64,000 bases of DNA, from IMG/VR virus record IMGVR_UViG_3300025117_000034, one strand, 5' to 3'. The DNA is from a virus. Its lineage: Duplodnaviria > Heunggongvirae > Uroviricota > Caudoviricetes. A model generated the notes under the pieces. That model ran no database searches, had not been told where the DNA came from, and saw nothing but the letters and a program-made list of their open reading frames with translations. The position numbers and the translations under genes are program-made. Shown one piece after another: positions 8,357 through 16,112 of the stretch (position 1 is the stretch's first letter; each line of letters opens with the position of its first letter).

Positions 8357-8575
8357 CTAGGCTTTACCTGTGTGACTAGGTTTTACTTCAACTTTGTGTA
8401 TACCAAATTCTCTGTTTAAAACTGAAGTACACTCAACTTCTACATCATCAACAAAGATATTAAATCCACGTCTATAGTCAATGGATGCTAAGTCACTAAG
8501 AATTCTCTCCCGTATTATTTCAGTTCTACCAACTGGGATAGTTTTACCGAGTATATAATAACTTGTCTTATCCAT
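8357..8575 (-). CDS. single beta-grasp (ThiS/MoaD-like) domain protein, paralog of the 7723..8226 repeats
   Basis: SYYILGKTIPVGRTEIIRERILSDLASIDYRRGFNIFVDDVEVE...HKVEVKPSHTGKA aligns with the repeat unit. Confidence 0.45.
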   Translation of the reverse strand: MDKTSYYILGKTIPVGRTEIIRERILSDLASIDYRRGFNIFVDDVEVECTSVLNREFGIHKVEVKPSHTGKA

Positions 8576-8676
8576 ATAGCACTAACCAGGAAAATTGGGG
8601 CAGCACAGGCAGACAAGAACACTGCCTTGATTTGCCCCGCATTGAGTGCAATCAAACGTTTCCATGTGGTCTCTCC

Positions 8677-9039
8677 TTATCCAAGATCTTTAAGTTTAAA
8701 ACTATTTGACCAAGGGTTCCACCCAACATCCAAGCTACTCTCAATTTTCCTTGCGTCCTCAACCAGTTTATCAATACGTTTAACACCAACTCCAGCTAAT
8801 TCCGCTAGCCTTCTCCAGTCAATCTCAATTTCCCTGCAACCCTCAACATCCATTACAATATAAGGCACTCCATCAGCCCACACATGCGTACAGTAATCAG
8901 GATTTTCAATGTAGTAGTCAATGGTAGTACGTTTGAACCTACCATCTCCGTCACTTCTCAGAAAAATGATTCTGGGATCGGGCTTAGCTTTGTAAGCCTC
9001 CCGTACTTTTTTTCTAAGGACAATATCAGTAGTGGCCAT
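8677..9039 (-). CDS. hypothetical protein
   Basis: ORF track. Start moved to MATTDIV (AAGGAGAG RBS) just after the nadE stop. Confidence 0.5.
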   Translation of the reverse strand: MATTDIVLRKKVREAYKAKPDPRIIFLRSDGDGRFKRTTIDYYIENPDYCTHVWADGVPYIVMDVEGCREIEIDWRRLAELAGVGVKRIDKLVEDARKIESSLDVGWNPWSNSFKLKDLG

Positions 9040-9050
9040 GTGGTCTCTCC

Positions 9051-9836
9051 TTAGAACAGGCGCAGGTAACAGCAAGGGTTATTGCGCTTGAAGTGAGTTG
9101 CTCTCCATCTCTTGATAATAATGTGATCCTTGTACTTCTCCGATCCATTCCAGATATGACTCTTCAGGATCTTATCCACCTCAGCGTAGCTCGATGCACC
9201 AAGCTGGTCAAGGTCGGAGTTGGTGATACCTAGTCCATCAGTAGGCACAGCTTTGATACATGCTTGCAGGGCACGTTTCTGTGCACGTGTCCCCTCATTG
9301 TCCACGATCCATTGGGCGAGCTGGTACACCTCAGTCTTCCAATAGTGCTGAATAGGTGCTATGTCGCCAACGTCCCCATGCAGAGTCCAGAAGCCAAGGA
9401 GATACTCAGTCAGGTTATCCGTGGACAGCACCGCCCCCTGGCATGAAAAGGCAGTGTTGTACAAGTGAATCATACGCACACGAGCCTTAACGTTACCTTT
9501 ACGAATTTTCTCGTTGGGTATATTCAACAAGGAAAGTTGGTGACTGCTAATTAACTCTACCTCGGAGTCAATCTCTGCTTCGAACCACCTATGAGAGTAC
9601 GTCCTACAAATGTCCCTGGCCCTCTTAAGCTCATCAGGTTTGTTAGACTTGGAAGGGAGTGAAACAAGAACCAAAGGAATACCAAGTTCCTTGTTGCAGA
9701 CATGGTAAGCAAGGGCTGCAACGAGTGCACTGTCCACACCACCACTTACACCGAGAACCAGAGACTTAAGCTGTGCCCCCTCAGTGTATCTCTTGAGCCA
9801 TGTACGTATCTTCTTCACCTCAGATTTGCAGTTCAC
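9051..9836 (-). CDS. nadE: NH3-dependent NAD+ synthetase
   Basis: SLVLGVSGGVDSALVAALA PP-loop, GNVKARVRM, TDNLTEYLLGFWTLHGDVGDIAPI and KT.VY align motif by motif with E. coli NadE. Confidence 0.9.
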   Translation of the reverse strand: MNCKSEVKKIRTWLKRYTEGAQLKSLVLGVSGGVDSALVAALAYHVCNKELGIPLVLVSLPSKSNKPDELKRARDICRTYSHRWFEAEIDSEVELISSHQLSLLNIPNEKIRKGNVKARVRMIHLYNTAFSCQGAVLSTDNLTEYLLGFWTLHGDVGDIAPIQHYWKTEVYQLAQWIVDNEGTRAQKRALQACIKAVPTDGLGITNSDLDQLGASSYAEVDKILKSHIWNGSEKYKDHIIIKRWRATHFKRNNPCCYLRLF

Positions 9837-11005
9837 ACAATCCTCCCGAACACTTGATTGAGATAGGCTAAGTAGCCATCATCCTCACACATCTGCTTGC
9901 CCTCGCTGTCACTCAGTTTGGCCACAGGTTGATACTGGCATTCCGTCATTTTTATAACACATTGCAGTGCAGGAACTCCCACATCATTGGTAAGGTTTGT
10001 ACCTATACCGAACGATGTCTTGATGTCATTACCAAACTTATTGTACAGATCAATAGCCTTGGGGATTGTCAGGCAATCCGAGAACACTGCACTCTTGGTC
10101 TTCGGGTCAATACCCATGTCCTTGTACCAACGGATCAGCTGCTCACACCAAGCATATGGATCACCACTGTCATGTCTGCATCCATCGTACAACTTGGCGA
10201 AGTACAGATCAAAGTCCTTGAGGAACGCCTTGAACCCAACAACGTCTGACAGGGCAATACCAAGATCACCACGGTACTCATCAACCCATTTCTGTAGCAT
10301 GAACTTCTGGGAATCAATGAGCCGAGGACCAAGTGCCTGACCAGCTTGGAGCCATTCATGTGCCATGGTTCCAATGGGTTTCACCCTGTGCTTCATTGCA
10401 AGGTACACATTGGATGTGCCAATGAACTTCTCAGGACATGTGCTGGCAAGGTGACCAACCACATAGTCCTGCCAGTACTTGCTGAACCTGCGCCGTGTAC
10501 CAAAGTCAGCGAACCTGAACCCTGTGGGAGCAAGGCATATATCACTGACTTTCTTGAGCAGTCGTACCTGACCCTCACCCCAGAGGATTGACTCATTCTG
10601 GGTGTGGTTGTAGTACACCTCATTGACAATGGAGAGGATGAGGGTCTCAAAGTAAATGGTCAGAAACCAGGGTCCCTCAATGGTTATACCGAGGTCCCCG
10701 TTGTCCAATGCTTTAACTGTGATGTACTTGGCATTGGGCTTGTACATCTCGAGGAAGTCAATGTAATCAGGCTTGAGGAACCTTATGGTTCGGAGGTACT
10801 CAATCTCCTGCCAATTGAACTTGAGCTCACACATCTGAATGATCTCGCTCTTGATCTCCTCAGCGAATCTGCCAAGCTCTGCCCCTGCTGTTCGGCATTT
10901 AAACTTGTACTTGACATGTGCCCCTGGGAACTGGTGAAACACAGCTTGTCCCATGCTTAATTTGTAACTGTCTAAATCTAGCAGACTTGTGATTATTCCT
11001 CCCAT
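9833..11005 (-). CDS. pncB: nicotinate phosphoribosyltransferase
   Basis: LLDLDSYKLSMGQAVFHQFPGAHVKYKFKCR matches LLDTDAYKLHMQQAVFH...EFRCR. FGTRRRFS, GTSNV..A and GTMAHEW are all conserved versus E. coli PncB. Confidence 0.9.
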   Translation of the reverse strand: MGGIITSLLDLDSYKLSMGQAVFHQFPGAHVKYKFKCRTAGAELGRFAEEIKSEIIQMCELKFNWQEIEYLRTIRFLKPDYIDFLEMYKPNAKYITVKALDNGDLGITIEGPWFLTIYFETLILSIVNEVYYNHTQNESILWGEGQVRLLKKVSDICLAPTGFRFADFGTRRRFSKYWQDYVVGHLASTCPEKFIGTSNVYLAMKHRVKPIGTMAHEWLQAGQALGPRLIDSQKFMLQKWVDEYRGDLGIALSDVVGFKAFLKDFDLYFAKLYDGCRHDSGDPYAWCEQLIRWYKDMGIDPKTKSAVFSDCLTIPKAIDLYNKFGNDIKTSFGIGTNLTNDVGVPALQCVIKMTECQYQPVAKLSDSEGKQMCEDDGYLAYLNQVFGRIV

Positions 11006-11670
11006 AGAACACGTCCGTCAAGGATAGGAGCAAGCCCTGTGATCTTGTCAATGAATCTGACGTTCTTGCCAGCAAAGCGTTTCTTGGTGTCCTCCACTGC
11101 TGTGTCACCAATACCCCTGCAGGCAGCGAGGTTGATGACCACACGGAAGCCAGCGGACACAAGCTGCTCAGAGGTGGTAGCCACGCAGTAATTAGTGGCA
11201 AGGCCCCCAACGATCACCAGCTTAATCCCCTTGCTGAACAGGAACTCAATGACCCCTGTGCTCAGCTTGTTGAACAGATCATGGAAGCATGCGCCGTACG
11301 GGTGGAGATTAGGCTCACAGCCCTTCCATACAAAAAAGTCGTACTCCGTAACATCAGGAAGACCATCCAGCAACTCACAGCCAGTGCTGCCTGTTACACA
11401 ATGGGACGGCCAGTGAATGTCCACATTGGGAAGACCAACAGGGGAAAACGGGGGGTGATCACCATCAGCGTTCCACATAGCCCAAGCAGGGTGGGCATCC
11501 TTGGAGCCAACGCGATAAGCAGCGAACAATGCCTGCTTGTTAAGTTCATTGACGATCTCAAGAGCCCCAGGGACAGGGAGCTCAGCAGGGCAGAGTTCAC
11601 TGAACCCCTTCTGAGCATCCACATCAAAGCTGGCAATGTATTTCTTGTCAATAGCCATATCTTGTGCCAC
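10993..11670 (-). CDS. pncA: nicotinamidase / isochorismatase-family hydrolase (PncA-like)
   Basis: FDVDAQKGF Asp, Lys, and catalytic Cys in ATNYCVATT, plus the isochorismatase fold pattern. Overlaps the pncB start. Confidence 0.75.
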   Translation of the reverse strand: MAQDMAIDKKYIASFDVDAQKGFSELCPAELPVPGALEIVNELNKQALFAAYRVGSKDAHPAWAMWNADGDHPPFSPVGLPNVDIHWPSHCVTGSTGCELLDGLPDVTEYDFFVWKGCEPNLHPYGACFHDLFNKLSTGVIEFLFSKGIKLVIVGGLATNYCVATTSEQLVSAGFRVVINLAACRGIGDTAVEDTKKRFAGKNVRFIDKITGLAPILDGRVLWEE

Positions 11671-11675
11671 CTTTC

Positions 11676-11945
11676 TTAGAGAGAGCTAAAAAATTTGTGC
11701 ATCCTCCACAGCAAACCACCATCAAAGTCCTTGCAATGATTGTCGTAGTTACGCTCATTACAAGAGCTTTGAAATATGGATTTCTTTTCAATGCAGTGAT
11801 CTTCAATGATGATGTTACTCTCATGAATACAGAAATGAAATGGAGACCCGATGGTGTATCTATGGAAGATACACTTAGAACAGTACACCTTAACAGGCTC
11901 AACTTTTTTCTCGTTTTCATTTACACCAAGATCGGATAGCTTCAT
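11676..11945 (-). CDS. Cys-rich mini-protein (MKLSDL family)
   Basis: 89 aa. MKLSDLG...KVYCSKCIF. Paralog of the next gene. Confidence 0.55.
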   Translation of the reverse strand: MKLSDLGVNENEKKVEPVKVYCSKCIFHRYTIGSPFHFCIHESNIIIEDHCIEKKSIFQSSCNERNYDNHCKDFDGGLLWRMHKFFSSL

Positions 11946-12250
11946 TATTTCTCCTTCTCATCGAAGTACCCAAGGAACCGTTTGACACGGAACATAAACT
12001 TTCCCTTGAAGTTCTTGCACTTGTTGTCACCATTGAGGAACAGGCACATCTCATCGGAAATTTTATTGTAACTACGCCGCAACGGGCTTGAGTAGCCAAC
12101 CATGTTTGACGGGTGCACACAAGTGCTGAGTGTCAGTTGGTGGACTTTTTCCTCCATATAAATGCATTCTTCGCAGTACACCTTGGGAGTATTGTCAATA
12201 ACCTTAGGAGTATTGTCAATAACCTTAGGTTCAAAGTCGGTGAGTTTCAT
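11945..12250 (-). CDS. Cys-rich mini-protein (MKLTDF; contains 7-aa tandem PKVIDNT repeat)
   Basis: Start moved to MKLTDFEPKVIDNTPKVIDNTPKVYCEECIY. A 21-nt direct repeat at 12185..12230. Confidence 0.55.
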   Translation of the reverse strand: MKLTDFEPKVIDNTPKVIDNTPKVYCEECIYMEEKVHQLTLSTCVHPSNMVGYSSPLRRSYNKISDEMCLFLNGDNKCKNFKGKFMFRVKRFLGYFDEKEK

Positions 12251-12387
12251 TGGATATCCTTCTCCAGACATAAGAGATGAGTGTTCAAACTGATAGACAC
12301 AAGCATTACCCAGATTGCAGTGTTATAGTCTTTTTCAAGAGCACAGGTAGCGGACAAGACGATAAGAAACGTGGATATAAGTTTCAT
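12247..12387 (-). CDS. small ORF (~46 aa) with N-terminal signal-peptide-like segment, translationally coupled
   Basis: Own translation MKLISTFLIVLSATCALEKDYNTAIWVMLVSISLNTHLLCLEKDIQ. TGATG overlap upstream and ATGA overlap downstream. Confidence 0.35.
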   Translation of the reverse strand: MKLISTFLIVLSATCALEKDYNTAIWVMLVSISLNTHLLCLEKDIQ

Positions 12388-12692
12388 CAGAGCACCTGCC
12401 CACAGCTTCCACAATACTTGACATCCGTGCCATTCTCAGCAGCACACTTGGGGCACACCCGAACTTCAATGGCCGACCCCACAGCCCCTCCAACCACGTA
12501 CCCAGCAACCCCACCAATCACAGCGTTCCATTGGTTCTCTTTGGAGCTGTCGCCCACCTGATACCCAGCCACGGTACCAATGGCAGCTCCGGCCACCTGG
12601 CTCTGCTGCGTGGTACTGCAACCCTGGGCCATCAGGATAACCAGCAATGCACTCAAGGTGAAACAGCCACACATAAGCAATCGACGAATCAT
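12387..12692 (-). CDS. lipoprotein with glycine-zipper segment and C-terminal zinc ribbon
   Basis: Signal and lipobox ...LVILMAQGC. GAAIGTVAGYQVG...GGVAGYVVGGAVG glycine zipper. CPKC...CGSC. Confidence 0.6.
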   Translation of the reverse strand: MIRRLLMCGCFTLSALLVILMAQGCSTTQQSQVAGAAIGTVAGYQVGDSSKENQWNAVIGGVAGYVVGGAVGSAIEVRVCPKCAAENGTDVKYCGSCGQVL

Positions 12693-12703
12693 TGTACACC
12701 CCC

Positions 12704-12910
12704 TTAGTATTTTTTTATCACCATGTTCTCAGCTACTCTAACAACAGTAACGCCATGAATTACTCCACCATCTCGCTGGCATGCGTGTCGTCTATGGCTG
12801 TCAGCATAGATGTTCCAGTTATTTGGATGATCTATGTTACACCCATGTTGGTTCCACTTACATTTACCATTTACAAAGTCCCGACAGATCCAGTAGTCGA
12901 GCTCAGGCAT
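12704..12910 (-). CDS. Cys-rich mini-protein, NMV(I/L) family
   Basis: 68 aa. ...VVRVAENMVIKKY. Confidence 0.5.
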   Translation of the reverse strand: MPELDYWICRDFVNGKCKWNQHGCNIDHPNNWNIYADSHRRHACQRDGGVIHGVTVVRVAENMVIKKY

Positions 12911-13124
12911 AGGGTTTCCCCTTTACTATCACCATGTTCTCAGCGTATGCTACCAAAGGAACTTTTGCATATGAATTGCCCCTGGTGCAATGTACAGGAG
13001 TGCCTTTAATATAATACTCATACCACGTACTATCTGAGCCACGTGGCTTTCGAACCTCACACCCAAAGGGTGCCCAGGTACATATGCCCTTTGCGAAGTC
13101 TGAGCAGATAAATTGCTCATCCAT
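12903..13124 (-). CDS. Cys-rich mini-protein, NMV(I/L) family
   Basis: 73 aa. ...AYAENMVIVKGKPYA. AAGGAGG RBS. Confidence 0.55.
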   Translation of the reverse strand: MDEQFICSDFAKGICTWAPFGCEVRKPRGSDSTWYEYYIKGTPVHCTRGNSYAKVPLVAYAENMVIVKGKPYA

Positions 13125-13126
13125 TG

Positions 13127-13243
13127 TTAACCCTCCTTACTATTAATCCTTGTAATCACAAGCACCATATGCAGGAGACTTGCCACGCTCAGGCATAGGA
13201 TCATCATGCTTCCAAGCATTGCATAGATATTGATTGTTTCCAT
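13127..13243 (-). CDS. small hydrophobic ORF (~38 aa, one TM)
   Basis: Own translation METINIYAMLGSMMILCLSVASLLHMVLVITRINSKEG. GAGGGTGG RBS. Its stop sits inside the RBS of the next gene. Confidence 0.3.
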   Translation of the reverse strand: METINIYAMLGSMMILCLSVASLLHMVLVITRINSKEG

Positions 13244-13277
13244 ACACCACCCTCTCTTAGTATTGTACTACCTGGAG

Positions 13278-13490
13278 CTACAGTTTGTCAATCATGTCCT
13301 GAATCTTGTAGAGAATAGTGTTGTGAACACCTGTACTGGAGAGCTCTTTGTAGAGTAGCTTCAACTGATTTCTTACCTGAATGATCTCAATAGCTCTGAG
13401 TGATAGCGTAGTCCCAACCTCCTCAAGTGCGGTTGATATTGTTATCATTAGCTTGCCACCTGCACCACTCTCTTGTTGCATTGAGAGCAA
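13278..13490 (-). CDS. hypothetical protein
   Basis: ORF track, 70 aa. Confidence 0.4.
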   Translation of the reverse strand: MLSMQQESGAGGKLMITISTALEEVGTTLSLRAIEIIQVRNQLKLLYKELSSTGVHNTILYKIQDMIDKL

Positions 13491-13614
13491 TACCTTTCCT
13501 GTAGAAGAGTCTCTCGTTCCCTCACCACAACTTCATTTAGTACAATTCTTTGGATCCCCTCAAATGGCTCTGACCACCTACCCCAACTGTGAATCCCTAA
13601 CCAGCACAGTAGTT

Positions 13615-14547
13615 TCATTTCAGTCCCTCCTCCACTTCCTCATTGAACTTAACCAGTCGCCTGTTGCAACCATACAGACACTTATCGCATTTCTCAGGCT
13701 TGTCAGTGTACACTTGATCCCTGTACAGATGCGAACAGGTGTACTCGTTGCCAGCAGTGCTCAGCACCCTCTCACTCATTGATATGTAGCATGTCCCAGC
13801 AGTGTTCTGTGGGAACCGAACACCTTGAATGATCCTTTGCTTGGCATCCAAAGTCTCCTTGATCAGTTCAAGTGATTCCCTGTCAAGTTCATTGTAAAGC
13901 TTGGGCATCACCTCATCAAAGAAGCAATCCACGTCCTCATCAGTCATCATGTAGACAGGGTTGGTGCCCTTGTACACAGAGAAGAACACTGCGTATGCCT
14001 TGTGGAATTCCCTGGCCGCAAACTGGGCAAACTCAACGGACTGCTTGTAGTTTGCCTTGCTCAGCGTGAAGGTAACGCTGACACCATTGTTAACCTCAAC
14101 TGCCTTCTTGATGTTACCAAGCACCCTGGCATGTGCACCAGGAACCCCCACTGTTTTATCCCAGGACTCTGCATCACAGCTATCAAGGGATACCTTGAGC
14201 CGTCCAACGTGCTCAGCTGGCGGCTCAATGAAAGCATTGGTGTTCAGGTTGAACCTGTACCGCTTGCTGTTCTCACGGATCAATGGATACAGCCATGGAA
14301 CCAGTGACGGCTCCCCTCCCGTGATGTGGAACAGGGCTGTGCTGCCATACTTTTCAAGGGCTTCCCTGAAGCGTTCCTCAGCCAGTGTTGTACAGGAGAT
14401 AGGATGCTTACAGTATCCGCACTTGAAGTTACACTTGTTAGTGATGAACACTGCCACCCTGCGGACAGGTGGGTTTTGCCCAGACTTCAGTGCTGCCACT
14501 GTTTCCTTAACTCGTCGTTCAAAGTCATCCCAATACAAGGAAGACAT
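13615..14547 (-). CDS. radical SAM enzyme, MoaA/viperin-like (CNFKCGYC, ITGGEPSL, C-terminal CxxC..C)
   Basis: ITNKCNFKCGYC matches MoaA ITDVCNFRCTYC and viperin CNYKCGFC. HITGGEPSL matches LTGGEPSL. NLNTNAF. C-terminal CDKCLYGCNRRLV resembles MoaA CATCNRLRV. Confidence 0.75.
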   Translation of the reverse strand: MSSLYWDDFERRVKETVAALKSGQNPPVRRVAVFITNKCNFKCGYCKHPISCTTLAEERFREALEKYGSTALFHITGGEPSLVPWLYPLIRENSKRYRFNLNTNAFIEPPAEHVGRLKVSLDSCDAESWDKTVGVPGAHARVLGNIKKAVEVNNGVSVTFTLSKANYKQSVEFAQFAAREFHKAYAVFFSVYKGTNPVYMMTDEDVDCFFDEVMPKLYNELDRESLELIKETLDAKQRIIQGVRFPQNTAGTCYISMSERVLSTAGNEYTCSHLYRDQVYTDKPEKCDKCLYGCNRRLVKFNEEVEEGLK

Positions 14548-14556
14548 AGCTGCACC

Positions 14557-14781
14557 TCAATGTTCAAGGTTAAATGCTGCGTATATTCCTGCTGACACAC
14601 AACACATAAGTACCCCTATGGCAAAGGGGAGAAAGGCTCTGTCAATGAGAACAACGCTATCACCGAAGTACACCCAGCGATACCAGTTAGCACCCATAAG
14701 GAGGATGCCAGGGACAGCTGAGGCAAGTCCTGCCCCAGCGGTGATACAGAACAGATACTTCCTAGGATCACGCCGCATCAT
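14557..14781 (-). CDS. small membrane protein (2 TM)
   Basis: 74 aa with hydrophobic stretches. Immediately upstream of the radical SAM gene. Confidence 0.5.
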   Translation of the reverse strand: MMRRDPRKYLFCITAGAGLASAVPGILLMGANWYRWVYFGDSVVLIDRAFLPFAIGVLMCCVSAGIYAAFNLEH

Positions 14782-15014
14782 CGCACCCCCCAGAGCTTGG
14801 CGAGCTCACGCGTGATCTCGTCCTCGTCAGAGGGAGCAGGTCCGATCTCAGCCACCTCACTGATCGGACGGATCGAGGAGAGATCAGCCTTGCGGAGATG
14901 ATGGGTCTCGGTAATTCCAGAAGCCCTGAGAATCGAGATCTGCACCATGGGAACCTTCTTGCGTGTGTATTCATTGAGCACCTTGTATACCCCATCCAGA
15001 TTTGCCATCTTCAT
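14778..15014 (-). CDS. hypothetical protein
   Basis: ORF track, 78 aa, ATGA junction. Confidence 0.45.
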   Translation of the reverse strand: MKMANLDGVYKVLNEYTRKKVPMVQISILRASGITETHHLRKADLSSIRPISEVAEIGPAPSDEDEITRELAKLWGVR

Positions 15015-15016
15015 TG

Positions 15017-15202
15017 TTACATGCCCTCCTTGTCAAGCTGGCGAGCCTTGACTATTGCTTCCTCAATGTCATCAAAGACATAGTTAAGCTGGATCCCCAT
15101 ATCAACGTCACCAATGTCAACATCCTCCACGGTAAGAACATTGTGCCCCTTATCCGTGGTAACTATGATCTTAGCCATGATCCACATCCCCAAGGGTGCC
15201 AA
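15017..15202 (-). CDS. hypothetical protein
   Basis: ORF track, 61 aa. The true start may be the internal MAKIIV. Confidence 0.4.
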   Translation of the reverse strand: MAPLGMWIMAKIIVTTDKGHNVLTVEDVDIGDVDMGIQLNYVFDDIEEAIVKARQLDKEGM

Positions 15203-15389
15203 GGAGCACCTTCCGTGCCAGGGCCTGGTTCATATCTGTGACTGTCTCTGCAATAGCTTTGCTAAGTGGCTCATCCTTGACCACCATGAGCGTGGCAAAG
15301 GACTTGAGAGCCAGGGCCCAGTCGGGATCTGAATACTCCATTTGAATTGCCACACTGTTCACCTTGTCAATCAGACTCGCGTTAACCAT
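15171..15389 (-). CDS. hypothetical protein
   Basis: ORF track, 72 aa. Confidence 0.4.
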   Translation of the reverse strand: MVNASLIDKVNSVAIQMEYSDPDWALALKSFATLMVVKDEPLSKAIAETVTDMNQALARKVLLGTLGDVDHG

Positions 15390-15401
15390 TGTAGGTTCCT
15401 C

Positions 15402-15728
15402 CTAGTCGATCCATTTGCGTACCCCTTTCCACTTGGGCAGGTGCTTGATGTATAGTGACACAGATGTGTAGGCATCGAACAGATACTGTGGGACATGGTT
15501 CATCCATTTGTACCATGGGATAACCAGCCACCCTGTGTACCTGCTCTCTACCTGTTTGATATCAGGGCCTAATGTAATCCGTGCCTGTGTGAATCCCTTG
15601 TAGTACCTGTACACAAGGTACATCTTCTTCCTGTAGCGACGTGCTATTTGCTCCTGACTAAAGGTTGGTATTGCCACGCTGCACACCTCCTCGTACTTAG
15701 TATAGGTAAAGCTTAATGGGGCCAGCAA
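15402..15728 (-). CDS. hypothetical protein
   Basis: ORF track, 108 aa. Confidence 0.5.
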   Translation of the reverse strand: MLAPLSFTYTKYEEVCSVAIPTFSQEQIARRYRKKMYLVYRYYKGFTQARITLGPDIKQVESRYTGWLVIPWYKWMNHVPQYLFDAYTSVSLYIKHLPKWKGVRKWID

Positions 15729-15837
15729 AGGAGATATTTATCGGGAGGGTGTACAGATAGATACGTACCCTTGCCGACCCTTTAAGCTAATCCTATCTAT
15801 GTAATGTGCTTCCTCTATGGATGTATGTTACTCTTGC

Positions 15838-16056
15838 TTACTTGGTGTCAGCCGTGGTAGCCCATGTGGCAGCCTCACGGGTGGCAATATAAATGTCTTC
15901 AGGCGACCCAGACTTGTTGATCATCTCAGCGTTGGAAAGCAGGAGGGTCTGTGCAACACTGACTCCCGACTTGAGAGTGATAAAGTCATGCTTCAGAACT
16001 TCATTGGTCATCTTGTTGATGATGAAAAATTCCGTAGCCTTATATTCCTGTGCCAT
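15838..16056 (-). CDS. hypothetical protein
   Basis: ORF track 15838..16161. Start moved to MAQEYK (AAGGAG RBS) to clear the upstream stop. Confidence 0.4.
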   Translation of the reverse strand: MAQEYKATEFFIINKMTNEVLKHDFITLKSGVSVAQTLLLSNAEMINKSGSPEDIYIATREAATWATTADTK

Positions 16057-16112
16057 TTCAGTCTCCTTGACTTCAGTATTGGTTGACTCCACTTCGCTTT
16101 CACTGCTACTGA

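Noticed and set aside
11648-11920. 90-aa ORF overlapping 11676..11945
   Set aside because: The competing frame has a paralog next door (MKLSDL/MKLTDF family), so it is the one retained.
13615-14547. Calling the radical SAM enzyme specifically a prokaryotic viperin
   Set aside because: CNFKCGYC and GGEP fit viperin, but the C-terminal CxxC..C module and the NLNTNAF segment fit MoaA at least as well. Kept as MoaA/viperin-like.
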